A stretch of DNA of 63,872 nucleotides, counting the filler, from Stramenopiles sp. TOSAG23-2 (taxonomy: Eukaryota), in assembly GCA_900128395.1 (NCBI GenBank). It is 6 parts of 6 records of this genome, joined end to end, with 100 filler letters (N's around TTAATTAATTAA, not from the genome) between each part and the next. Parts side by side here need not be neighbours in the genome. Positions count along the whole stretch, not along the records: positions 1 to 28,483 come from LT649399.1; positions 28,584 to 57,063 come from LT649400.1; 4 more parts are not named here. One strand, given 5' to 3'. A model generated the notes under the pieces. The model had not been told where the DNA came from and did not search any database. It saw only the letters and a list, made by a program, of their open reading frames with translations. Made by a program: the position numbers and the translations under genes. Below, piece after piece: positions 22,530 to 33,117 of the stretch; positions within the stretch are counted from its first letter, which is position 1; every line of letters begins with the position of its first letter.

Positions 22530-25500
22530 ATGAGTAACCCATTTCAACAAGGTGGTGGTGCTTTTGGTGGCAATTTTGGTGGGACCACATTTGGCGGGAC
22601 CACATTTGGTGGTGGTGGAGGAAATAATAATAAGAAGAATTTTAATAAGAATAAAAAGAAACAACAACAACAAAAGAAGAAGAAGAACAAAAATTCTCCT
22701 CCTCCATTTAGTGGTAAAAAAAAATATAATAAAACAATTTTTGGTGGTGGTCCATCAGTTTTTGGCGGTGGTGGCGGTGATAATGGCGGTAGTGATGGTG
22801 GAGGAGGTTTTCAATCTTCCGTTTTTGGTAATAAAAAGAAAAATAATAAATCAAAAAATTTTAAAAATACAAAGAATAATAATAATAATAATAATAATGA
22901 TAATAAAACTTTTGGTGGTGGTGGTGGTAGTACTACGGCGTTTGGTGGTGGTTCCAGCAAGAACACTTTTGGAGGTGATAGTAACACAAGTTTTGACAAT
23001 AACAGTGGTGGAATATTTGGGAATAAGAAAAAAAAGAAAACATCAAAAAAATTCAATGTTAAAGATAACAACAAAGGCAGTACATTAAATCCCTTTGCGG
23101 CTACATTTACACCCTCTTCATCTATGGCGATGGAAACAGATGGTGGTGCTGCTGCTTTTCCTGCCGCTAAGAATTGGTCTAAAACGAAAGTTTGTAGATA
23201 TGATCCTAATTGCACACGGGCCGATTGTACATTTGCGCATCCGAAAAGAGATGCTGGTGGTGGAAGTGGTAAGAAAACAAAAAAGAAAAATGCTCAAATC
23301 TGTCGATATGATCCAAATTGTACGCGTCCTGATTGTAAGTTTCTTCATCCTAGTCGTGATGGTGGAGCTGATAATGATAATAATAATAAGAAAAATAAAA
23401 AGACAAAAGATTCAAAACAAGAAAATCACGCCAACCCATTCAATAACGATGATGATTTTTCTATGCAGAATCTAAGAGAGGAGGATTATGTTGACGATTT
23501 TGACGATGGTGGTGATGATGGAGAAGATGGTTATGATGATGAAGATGGAGAGGAAGAAGAAGATGATGATGGAGAAGAATATAGCGATGATGAAGATGAT
23601 GGTGGAGAAGAATATAGCGATGAAGAAGATGGGGAAGAAGAGGATGGTGAGGACGAAGAAGAGGAGGAGGAGGAGGAGGAAGATGATGCAGAAGAGGAAG
23701 ATGATGATGATGAAGAAGAAGAAGGTAAAAGATCCACAGTTGATCGAACTGGCGTACCTGACTGGCTACCAGATTCAGAGGTTGCACTATACCGTCGTAC
23801 AATATCAAAGCCACCGTCCTTCTCTGGAAAGAAAAAATCTCCTCCTTCCAGCAGTAGCACCCAGTTTAAATCAAAAAGTAAGCCTTTCAAAAAAACAAAA
23901 GGTACCAACAACGATATGTCCTCAAAGTCTTTTCCTTCTTTATCATCATCAAACAAAAACGAGAATAATAATAATGGTGGTGGCTTTAAGAAAAATAAGA
24001 TACCAAAAAAATCATTTCCAAAACAAATTGCAAATAAGTCATTGCTAAAATCAACAAATACAAATAAAAGGCGCTTGGAAAACCCGACAATTGAAACAAA
24101 TATTGACAGTGCCATTATAGGAATATGTACAGAGATGTGCCCATTTAAAGAACGCCAACTTCGTGTCGAACAGAATGATGTCCCACTTCTTGAGCAGGAG
24201 CATCCATCACGACCTGGATGGACCGATGAAATGATGATGGTTAAAGCTTTGAAAAGATCTTCTCAAGCGACAGAATTGAACGTACCGAAATTATGTAGAA
24301 CACCTAAAACTTTATGGGAATCATGGAATTATATGAAAAATAATATATTAGATATTGATTTAGATGGAGCAGACCAGCGCTTTATAGATTCTGATTTAAT
24401 TCCTGGGAAGCAGGATCGTGCGAATCTTAAGAATATACATGAATACATGTGGGATAGAACCAAAATGATTGCAAAGGATTTTTCAATGCAAGGAATTACA
24501 TTAGGTAATTCACATCCGATGGCTACAGCATTTTTCGAGGAATGCGCTAGATACCATATATGGGTAGAGTACGAAAAAGAAAAAAGTCACAATTTAAATA
24601 GTCGTAATTTGAATGAGAGGTTAAAAACTTTAAACGAGTTCTACGATAGAGATTATGAAAAAGGAAAAGTAAACCTGAATGAAGCAGAATTTCGCGCATA
24701 TTATATTTTACAACATGTAGGCAATACAGATAAAGCAGAAATACCTGGGTATTTGCGAGACTTATCGACGAGACCAGAAATTTTAAACGCTCCCATAATG
24801 CAAGAAGCGTTGAAAATTTGGGTTGCGTGGAAAAGAAACGATTATCAAGGTTTTTTTTCTATATTAAAAGCAAGTATACATGTTTTAGTTTGCTGCCAAG
24901 CCTTTCAATATGTCGGTTACATGCGTTATACTGCATTGCAAACGATACATCGTGTTAATAAGGGTCCAAAACAGGGATTATATTTTCCGTTACATGATTT
25001 AGTAGGATTATTAGGCTTTGATAATGTGCAGGTAGCGGAAGAAGTCTGCATTGAATTTGGATTAACAGTTGCAAAAACTAATGCTGGCGCACCATGTGTT
25101 ATTTTAAAAAAAGACAATCGTCCTGTACAACCTGATGCAATCAAAAAACGACGAAACGAAACACTTGTCGATAGCAAACGTGGTGCTAAAGGTGGTAGAA
25201 CTCGCATTTCTGTCATTGAAGGAGATGAACCAAATAGAACATTTAAAGCCTTGCCTACTGCAGCGTCGATTGCTCCAACCAATAGTATTACCAGCACAAC
25301 GACGACTTCTGATACAACCATACCTGATATTTCTACTACCACGGCAAATAATAAAGCAGAAATGATACGCAGAGAAAAGGCATTGCAATTGAAAGAAGCA
25401 ATAAGATTAAAAAAAGAGGCCATGAGCAAGAAAATTGAATTGCAGCAACAACGATTAAAAGAAAAGGAGCTGGCGAGACAATTAGAAAAAGAAAAGATAA

Positions 25501-28151
25501 GAAAACAAGCAGAAGCGAAAGCAGAGGAGAAGCGCTTGAGGGAAGCAGAGAGGCGCCGACAAATGGAATTGGTAGCGGCGGAAGCAGAGAGACAACAAAA
25601 GATTCAGAAGCAATTATTGCAAAAACAACAAGAAACACTACGAAAACAACAGGAGCGTCAAAAACTTCTCCAGGAGCAAAAAGCAAATCAACTTGCAGCT
25701 GAGCAACAAAGAGAAAAAAGAATAGCATTAGAAGCAAAGTTGACTAAAGAATACAAAGATATAATATCTGATTTTAAAGAAAAATACACACAAACAAAAG
25801 TGGTTGAACAAAAAATGAAGTATCAATTAAACAAGACGAACATGACGATACTAAATGGGTATAATATTTCCAATGATATCGATGTTTACAATGATGCAAT
25901 CCAGAATCTCAATAATCTAAAAAGCAGTTATGGTGTCCTCTTAAAAATGTTGCAAACCGCCGTAAGCATCACTAAAAACCAAGCTACAATTATGTTGGAA
26001 AATAATCTTGGCCAGCAAGTGTCTGAATTTAGAAGTACGTATGACACAATTTATATCAGTAAGATAAATAGTGATGGAGAAAATATTTTGCATAAAGCCG
26101 AGAAGATGCTTGATACTCTAAAATTAAAAGTTGTAGAGATAAAACGTAACAAAGCGGAAATTAGATTGACTAAATTATATTTCCGTTTTCATAAATGGAA
26201 GTGTATTGCCAGAGCAAAGTATGATCCTCGTGCTCTTGAAATGAGAGAGAAAAGGTTTTCTTTTGCGATATCAAAAGAAGTCATCCCGATGTCTCCCTTG
26301 TTTGGTGGAAACAATTCTCACCAGAAGAAAAGACGAGCAAAATCGCGTGAGCACGAAAATATATTAAACAATAGCAAATATTGGAGCGAACTAGATGTGT
26401 GGAATCTATTCCCAAAAGATTCCATGTTAAAGGGTACTGGTAGTAACAATAACAACACACACCGATGGAAACTTGTTCTAATTGTAGATGATTTGCTCAA
26501 AATGATGGCAACATATAGGCCTAAGATGGCATGGATACAGCGTTGGGTTGTACGAAAATTGTCAAAAGGAAATGTTGATAAATATGATTCTAGTGTCTCG
26601 AGAATCTTGTCATCATATAAAGTTTCAATCTCGACTGATGATGCCAAAAATAACTCATTAGAAGACGATTTTGATAATAGTATTCATAATAATTTTGATG
26701 AACATTTTTTACGCGTTTGCATACGATCAGTATGTGTATCTGACAAAAAAATCAGTGATAGTGATATGAAAAACACATTTGCTGGAGCACATAGTTTATT
26801 GTTCTTGGTATTGCTTGAAAATAATCAACTTTCAGATCACGATAAAATGCGATTGGAAACGATGCTTAAATCTATTAGAGACAATGCCAATTTATCTTTA
26901 TTGATAGTATTTGTATCACCAAATCTGAAGAGTACGGACGAAGAGAAATTAAATACCTTCATATCTCATATAAAACAACAAGTAGAAGCAGTTGTACTTC
27001 AATCAAATAAAATAAAAGACGTGAAAGTTTTGCCGATAGAAAATGAGATATTATCACCTATGGAAAATAATAACAAACATAAAAGATATAAGTGGGATAC
27101 AGGTGCGGCAGTATCAGTTGTCGAACATTTATCAGAAAATTATTTGATAAATGGAATACGGTGGTTATTGAAAATGAGACCGGTATGCCCTAAATTGAAA
27201 AAAAGTTTATTGAAAGACGTTGTTGAAGAGTGGGCATCATTTTTGCCACTAACGAATGAAAGTTTTAAACCAATTGAAATGATCCGCAACTTCAATGTTT
27301 TATTGGCCACTACAGCATATTTGTTAACTCAAAGCACATTTCAAAAATTACCCACTAGTGAAATTGCACCCGAGTTCATTAATAACAATTTGAAAAGTTA
27401 TGAAGATAATGGCGATGATAGCAACAGAAGCAATGATAAAAACGATTGGCATTTAAATTGGAATTCAAAAGCACGATTCCAACGGATAAAGCAGCTGCTG
27501 CATGCTTCTATGCTACAAAAGTTCCCAGCCAACGAACGGCAAAATGACAGTGAAATTACTCGTTCACTCCCGTTTTTTGAATCATATAGAAATACTTTTA
27601 TAAAATATGTATCGGATTTAGGGCATGGTAGAGACGTTCTGCTTCGATTGCATGAACTTTTTAATTTTGCAAGGACATATACTAATAATGATATTGTAAC
27701 TATTCCATGGAGGTCTATCATGGATGTGATAATCAATGCACAAATCGGTAGATTAAACGAATATGTGGTGTTTCCTTCAGATGTGGATAATTACAATTTC
27801 ATTTGTCAAGCTATGTGTCAAGTACGATCCACGATGGCATCCTCCCATGATATGAACGTGGAAAATGTGCCACTGAAATGTGTTTTACGAGTAGAACAGT
27901 TATTATTAGCAGGTGTGTCCAATAATACAAATATATCTGATAATAATAATCCTGTACAACGAAAAAAAAGCTTCAGAAAAAGACGTAGAGAGAATGATGA
28001 AAACTATTTAGAAGATGATGTCCCACTTGAAAGGGCCTTCAAACGTTCTCGTTTTCAAGAAATCGATCAATTGTTTACAAACGAAAAAGAGAAATCAAAT
28101 GCGTTTGAAGCTGAATTGATGAACATGCTAAAAGATGGAGAGCATTTTTAG
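22530..28151 (+). CDS. SAC3: SAC3/GANP family mRNA-export factor (TREX-2 scaffold) with N-terminal FG repeats and two CCCH zinc fingers
   Basis: IIGICTEMCPFKER, RTPKTL, YMWDRTKMIAKDFSMQ, NEAEFRAYYIL; FG/FGGG repeats in the first ~170 aa; CRYDPNCTRADCTFAHP and CRYDPNCTRPDCKFLHP. Confidence 0.88.
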   Translation: MSNPFQQGGGAFGGNFGGTTFGGTTFGGGGGNNNKKNFNKNKKKQQQQKKKKNKNSPPPFSGKKKYNKTIFGGGPSVFGGGGGDNGGSDGGGGFQSSVFGNKKKNNKSKNFKNTKNNNNNNNNDNKTFGGGGGSTTAFGGGSSKNTFGGDSNTSFDNNSGGIFGNKKKKKTSKKFNVKDNNKGSTLNPFAATFTPSSSMAMETDGGAAAFPAAKNWSKTKVCRYDPNCTRADCTFAHPKRDAGGGSGKKTKKKNAQICRYDPNCTRPDCKFLHPSRDGGADNDNNNKKNKKTKDSKQENHANPFNNDDDFSMQNLREEDYVDDFDDGGDDGEDGYDDEDGEEEEDDDGEEYSDDEDDGGEEYSDEEDGEEEDGEDEEEEEEEEEDDAEEEDDDDEEEEGKRSTVDRTGVPDWLPDSEVALYRRTISKPPSFSGKKKSPPSSSSTQFKSKSKPFKKTKGTNNDMSSKSFPSLSSSNKNENNNNGGGFKKNKIPKKSFPKQIANKSLLKSTNTNKRRLENPTIETNIDSAIIGICTEMCPFKERQLRVEQNDVPLLEQEHPSRPGWTDEMMMVKALKRSSQATELNVPKLCRTPKTLWESWNYMKNNILDIDLDGADQRFIDSDLIPGKQDRANLKNIHEYMWDRTKMIAKDFSMQGITLGNSHPMATAFFEECARYHIWVEYEKEKSHNLNSRNLNERLKTLNEFYDRDYEKGKVNLNEAEFRAYYILQHVGNTDKAEIPGYLRDLSTRPEILNAPIMQEALKIWVAWKRNDYQGFFSILKASIHVLVCCQAFQYVGYMRYTALQTIHRVNKGPKQGLYFPLHDLVGLLGFDNVQVAEEVCIEFGLTVAKTNAGAPCVILKKDNRPVQPDAIKKRRNETLVDSKRGAKGGRTRISVIEGDEPNRTFKALPTAASIAPTNSITSTTTTSDTTIPDISTTTANNKAEMIRREKALQLKEAIRLKKEAMSKKIELQQQRLKEKELARQLEKEKIRKQAEAKAEEKRLREAERRRQMELVAAEAERQQKIQKQLLQKQQETLRKQQERQKLLQEQKANQLAAEQQREKRIALEAKLTKEYKDIISDFKEKYTQTKVVEQKMKYQLNKTNMTILNGYNISNDIDVYNDAIQNLNNLKSSYGVLLKMLQTAVSITKNQATIMLENNLGQQVSEFRSTYDTIYISKINSDGENILHKAEKMLDTLKLKVVEIKRNKAEIRLTKLYFRFHKWKCIARAKYDPRALEMREKRFSFAISKEVIPMSPLFGGNNSHQKKRRAKSREHENILNNSKYWSELDVWNLFPKDSMLKGTGSNNNNTHRWKLVLIVDDLLKMMATYRPKMAWIQRWVVRKLSKGNVDKYDSSVSRILSSYKVSISTDDAKNNSLEDDFDNSIHNNFDEHFLRVCIRSVCVSDKKISDSDMKNTFAGAHSLLFLVLLENNQLSDHDKMRLETMLKSIRDNANLSLLIVFVSPNLKSTDEEKLNTFISHIKQQVEAVVLQSNKIKDVKVLPIENEILSPMENNNKHKRYKWDTGAAVSVVEHLSENYLINGIRWLLKMRPVCPKLKKSLLKDVVEEWASFLPLTNESFKPIEMIRNFNVLLATTAYLLTQSTFQKLPTSEIAPEFINNNLKSYEDNGDDSNRSNDKNDWHLNWNSKARFQRIKQLLHASMLQKFPANERQNDSEITRSLPFFESYRNTFIKYVSDLGHGRDVLLRLHELFNFARTYTNNDIVTIPWRSIMDVIINAQIGRLNEYVVFPSDVDNYNFICQAMCQVRSTMASSHDMNVENVPLKCVLRVEQLLLAGVSNNTNISDNNNPVQRKKSFRKRRRENDENYLEDDVPLERAFKRSRFQEIDQLFTNEKEKSNAFEAELMNMLKDGEHF

Positions 28152-28483
28152 AAAATTATTAAATGATATAACGATATAACTTATTAGATATTACGACGTA
28201 ACCATTTCAAATAATTATGATATATGCATATCAGTATGATATGATAAAAATATATTTTAAATGATATTATTGAAATATTTATATTTAATTTTATTATATT
28301 TTTAACTTCGTATATTAAATTTTTTTAACATTGTACGTGTGACTACGAACGCGTACAGTAAATACAAATAATTCCGCATTATGTAGCAAGTACACGCACA
28401 CACTACCACCATAACCACATAAATATCGATCGTCTTCTTTTTTCGCGTTTTTTTTCCCTTTTTTTTTTAATTTTGTTTTACTC

Positions 28484-28583
28484 NNNNNNNNNNNNNNNNN
28501 NNNNNNNNNNNNNNNNNNNNNNNNNNNTTAATTAATTAANNNNNNNNNNNNNNNNNNNNNNNNNNNNNNNNNNNNNNNNNNNN
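28484..28583. other. artificial contig-joining linker (N44-TTAATTAATTAA-N44)
   Basis: six-frame stop 12-mer embedded in Ns; the same linker is at 57064, 58767, 60469 and 62171. Confidence 0.97.
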
Positions 28584-28863
28584 ATAGCTGTAAAATTAAA
28601 ATGTGTACCGATGAAGCAAAAAAACAAAACGACACAGCCAGACTAAGACGACAGCAGTACGAGGACATCAGCACTATAAACTATAATACACATGTAGATT
28701 TAAGGTATTGCTACTCCTCTCTTTTTTTTTATTAAATAAATAAATTCAAAAATATATACTTACAGTTATTAATATTTCAATTATAATTCATTTATATAAA
28801 TAATAATAACAATCAATATAGAAGCAGATTATATATATATATGTATGTATATATAAAACTATC

Positions 28864-29475
28864 ATGGAATTTGCAAATAACGTAGAGAAAAGAAATAATA
28901 GTACTGATGATGATGAACTAGATAAAAAAATTGTCAAATTAAACCATAGTATATCGAAAATTGATACTTCGTTACAAACGAAAAAAGAAATATTGAGGAC
29001 TAAAATCAGCAAAACATATAGTAAAATTGAAACAACCAGAAAAGTAGTAAATAATCGCAGTAGTAGTAGTGGTACACCATCTCCAAGAATCAATAGAAAT
29101 CGTTACAGTAGCCCTAGAAACAATAGCAATAGTAATGATAAATTAAAAATACAAGAGTTAGAAAAAAAATTAGAGGAAACAAAGAATGAGTTAAATATGA
29201 TTAAAAAAATATTTAACAATGAAAAGGGTAAATTGGGTCGTACTATTTCATCGCAACGATTGCGTATAATAAAATTAGAGAAAAATAATAATGTTTTAAA
29301 AAAGCAATTGAAGGAACAACCATTCAATAATAATAGTAATAATATGAAGAATTCATCGATCAAAATAAATAAAGCTAGTCCAAATAATAAATCGTCTCCA
29401 AATGTAAAAAAAATTACAAGAGCTTATCAATCATCTCCAACAAAATATATTATTATACGAAAGCAAGTAGAGTGA
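28864..29475 (+). CDS. hypothetical coiled-coil protein
   Basis: 203-aa ATG ORF with heptad-like K/E/L content. Confidence 0.55.
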   Translation: MEFANNVEKRNNSTDDDELDKKIVKLNHSISKIDTSLQTKKEILRTKISKTYSKIETTRKVVNNRSSSSGTPSPRINRNRYSSPRNNSNSNDKLKIQELEKKLEETKNELNMIKKIFNNEKGKLGRTISSQRLRIIKLEKNNNVLKKQLKEQPFNNNSNNMKNSSIKINKASPNNKSSPNVKKITRAYQSSPTKYIIIRKQVE

Positions 29476-29633
29476 GAATTTCGAGAGAGAAGGAGGATGA
29501 TAATGTTTTATTCATTAAAAATGTTTTTAAATAAAATTTAACACGCTCAAATAAAATATTACACGCGCGTATTATGTGTACGTAATAATGTATGAGTAAG
29601 AGAACAATTTATATATTACGTACGTATATTTTT

Positions 29634-32570
29634 TTAAGCAAACTCAGATGTAAACACTTTTCTATGTACTGCATTTGTAAATCCTTGTGTAAATTTGAAC
29701 AATATTCCATGTTTCCCTTCCGCGTTGATTTTTCTTCGTTTTTCAACTGAAATGTCTTTTGCCATGAATCTTCTTTTCTTATTTTCAACACCACTTTTAC
29801 CGTGATTGAAATTAGCATCGATAGCTCCAGCATTTCCACCACCATTTTGCATTTGTTTTTCCATGTCAAGAATCATATCATTTTCCAAGTTTTTCTTGCT
29901 TTCTGGTGATAACATTGCATTTGCACTGTCAGCCTGTACACGTGCTTTTACTTTTGCAACCATTTTTAAATGATTTGCTTTGTAAATTTCAATTTCTTGT
30001 TTTAATGTTTTAATTTGATCATATGAAAATTTAGATCTACGCACAATTTTTTCTCCACCTTTGTTTTTATTATTATCACTACTGCCATCTCTACTACTGT
30101 TATTATTATTATTATTGTATTTACTTTTGTATGTCGATGTACGATTATTACCTCCAAAAACAATTAATTCATTTAAAGGTGGATCTAACAATAATTTTTT
30201 TCTTCCACTATTGGTATCACCTTTTGACCAATGATAATTAATATTTAAGTTAACCATCAAATCAACTATATTTCTTACTTTACTTCGTTCCTCTTTCGTC
30301 ATTAAAGATAATGAGACCTGGCGTAGTGGTGGCATCAAAATATCAAGAAAATATGACAATGAATCCACTGATATTTTATATGGACTTCGACTACCTTTCC
30401 ATTTTACACCATTGAATTCACAAAATGCTAATACTATATTTTTTTTACGATGTCTCTCCCGTGTCATATTCGAATATGCACGTGGATACGACGATTTTTC
30501 ACGAATGTCACTTTTACATGCTGTTCGTACACCAACCAATGACATTTCAAAATAATCACTATTTCGTGCAAAATTTCCAAAGTTCATCCATTCCAATGCC
30601 TCCAATGTCCTTTCAAAATTAGGATCTGTATACCGTTGCTTTAAATAATTTTCATGGACTCCATCCATAATCCTACGTGATTCATGATTCAAACCACTGA
30701 ATTTCTCCGAAGTATCAATGTTTTTTTGCGTTGAAAACACGGCATCCCACACCTCAAATAAACTTGTCTTTTGATCTTTATGGCCTACAGCAGTTCCTTC
30801 TAAATCATGCAGCGTAACCGCATTTCTCCTGCATGATAAAAATTGCAAGGTATTCAAACATGACCTTATATCATTATCCGTTCGTTGCACCAATACACTT
30901 AAAACTTTTGCAGGTACATGGATTTGTTCATTACGGCAAATATCTTTCAAGCGTTTTACTAAACGTTCTGATTTCGTGCCACGGAATACGTAAACGTCTG
31001 CAATACCTCTTAATGGTCGTAAAACTGGTGCATACTGATCGTTACAAATACAGATAATAGGGCGTGTGATTATTGTCTCTTTTTTCTTCTTGCTTTTTTT
31101 CTTCCTCGTACCTTCATCATTGCTATTATTACTATTATTGTTCTTGCTTTTAACTGCATTTTGGCTCGCTTTAATCATTTTCACAAGCATATCAATTGCA
31201 TTGCGTGATTCACCTTTTCCACCTGCAGCACCATCTATTTCATCTAAAATGATACAATTTGGCTTTTTATTACCAAACATGGATTGCATTTCCATAGCAT
31301 CAACAATACGTCTTTTTAAAGATTTACCAGAACGTTCATCACTAGCATTGATTTCGACTGGATTATATCCAGCATGTTTTGCCGCAACATGTGCTAATGT
31401 GGTCTTACCAGCACCAGGAGGACCACTTAATAATATAACACGATTTCGTGGCCCATTTTCAGGATTCCAATTGTTCCAATTATTATAACCACTTTTACCA
31501 TATTTGTTATATTTTCCATTCATATTGTTGTTGTTGTTATAATTTCCTTTGCCATAATTGTTAAAACCTTTGCTACTATTATTATTATTATTATTATTAC
31601 TTGCAGCAAATGCATTTCTAGTAGGTGCATTACTCATAGCTCTTGTTTTCTTTTTAAATACAAGTGGATCCCATGCTTTTAACCAACTTAATACTTGGCG
31701 ATTTACTTTTTCACTGCTTAATAATTGTTGGAAATTATCTGGAGAATATGAATCAACCCACAATACATTCAATTTATTCTTTTTGTTATTGCTAGAAGCA
31801 TTCGTTGATATATTTTTTTCCCGTGATTCTTGACGTGATTTTACGGAAGCAAATGAACCATCACCTAAGCCATTATTCTCTCTCAATAATTTTAATCTTC
31901 GTTGGCGTTCATTTTCCCGATTCATTTCTTCAATAGATTTGGTTAAATAGCTGCCACTTTGACTTCTTAAATTATACGATGTCCCTAATTTAATTGAATT
32001 ATTGTTAAAATTTTCATCTTCCCATGCGTCATCAAAATTATAATCAATATATAAACGATCACCGTTTGTTGCTGTGAAAGGCATTGAATCGTTTTCAACT
32101 GGTGGTGTACGATGTATTGTAAATTCAAAATTTCGTTTCATGATCAAATCCAATCTTTCTTGGTCTGCTTTTGCTTGTTTGGATTTTTTATCTTCTTCTT
32201 CATCTACTACCATGGCATTTTCGTTCATTTCATACATACTGTCGTACATAGTATTGCTATTATTATTGCTTTTCTTATCAATAATATTATTTTGTGATAA
32301 TAACATTTTTTTCTCATTATTTGTTTTTTGTTGTTTTTCTTTAGTCGAGTTAGCAGATGATTGAGATTGCATAATAAGCTTTCGTTTCGATAGATCTGTC
32401 ATATCGTTTTTACCTGGTGTTTTGTCAAAATTAACGTTTGGCGCGGGGTTATTAAAGAAGCCATCGTTCTCTAACTCAGCTAATATTTCCTCCTCCGTTG
32501 CAAGTGCTTCCATAGCTTGTGCTTCAATTTCAGCATCAAAATCATATGGATTAAATTCATCAAAATCCAT
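29634..32570 (-). CDS. CTF18: chromosome transmission fidelity protein 18 (RFC-like clamp loader AAA+ subunit)
   Basis: LWVDSYSP..F..LLS.E.VNR.VL.WLK.WD, LLSGPPGAGKTTLAHV.AKHAGY..EINASDERS, CIILDEIDG, RPIICICND.YAP.LRPLR, DIRSCLNTLQF, C-terminal FKFTQGFTNAV. Confidence 0.95.
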   Translation of the reverse strand: MDFDEFNPYDFDAEIEAQAMEALATEEEILAELENDGFFNNPAPNVNFDKTPGKNDMTDLSKRKLIMQSQSSANSTKEKQQKTNNEKKMLLSQNNIIDKKSNNNSNTMYDSMYEMNENAMVVDEEEDKKSKQAKADQERLDLIMKRNFEFTIHRTPPVENDSMPFTATNGDRLYIDYNFDDAWEDENFNNNSIKLGTSYNLRSQSGSYLTKSIEEMNRENERQRRLKLLRENNGLGDGSFASVKSRQESREKNISTNASSNNKKNKLNVLWVDSYSPDNFQQLLSSEKVNRQVLSWLKAWDPLVFKKKTRAMSNAPTRNAFAASNNNNNNNSSKGFNNYGKGNYNNNNNMNGKYNKYGKSGYNNWNNWNPENGPRNRVILLSGPPGAGKTTLAHVAAKHAGYNPVEINASDERSGKSLKRRIVDAMEMQSMFGNKKPNCIILDEIDGAAGGKGESRNAIDMLVKMIKASQNAVKSKNNNSNNSNDEGTRKKKSKKKKETIITRPIICICNDQYAPVLRPLRGIADVYVFRGTKSERLVKRLKDICRNEQIHVPAKVLSVLVQRTDNDIRSCLNTLQFLSCRRNAVTLHDLEGTAVGHKDQKTSLFEVWDAVFSTQKNIDTSEKFSGLNHESRRIMDGVHENYLKQRYTDPNFERTLEALEWMNFGNFARNSDYFEMSLVGVRTACKSDIREKSSYPRAYSNMTRERHRKKNIVLAFCEFNGVKWKGSRSPYKISVDSLSYFLDILMPPLRQVSLSLMTKEERSKVRNIVDLMVNLNINYHWSKGDTNSGRKKLLLDPPLNELIVFGGNNRTSTYKSKYNNNNNNSSRDGSSDNNKNKGGEKIVRRSKFSYDQIKTLKQEIEIYKANHLKMVAKVKARVQADSANAMLSPESKKNLENDMILDMEKQMQNGGGNAGAIDANFNHGKSGVENKKRRFMAKDISVEKRRKINAEGKHGILFKFTQGFTNAVHRKVFTSEFA

Positions 32571-33117
32571 CTTCTTATATATTTATATTTATATATATAT
32601 GTGTATATATATAAATATATTTATCGTTTTATATATGATATAATTAATATATATTATTGTATATATGTATATATATATATATATATATCTTCTTATTCTG
32701 TTTACCTTTTCTAATATGTGTATTTATATCTTTCTTCTTGAATGTGATATATATATCTATTTGTATGATGATGTGTTTGCATATTATTATTTCTTTGTCA
32801 ATGATATGTACCTCCTATTGTAATTTGGAGATTTCAAATAATGGAAATTCAAAATTTTAAAGTTGGCATTTTCTATTTCCCACAAAAAATTTAAATATTA
32901 TTAAGGTTATTTCTATCATTCAATAGTATAATATTTAGAATACTAAACTAGTAGCTATTGTGCTATTGATATGACAAAAGACATGTTAGGATTTGGGTAA
33001 AGTATGTCCTACCTATCCTTGGTCTATCCATTATTAATAGAATTAATTTAAAAAAGTTTATCAAAATGAATCATTCATTTTCCTTTCGTCTCTCGTCTGT
33101 ATTATTATTAATAATCG

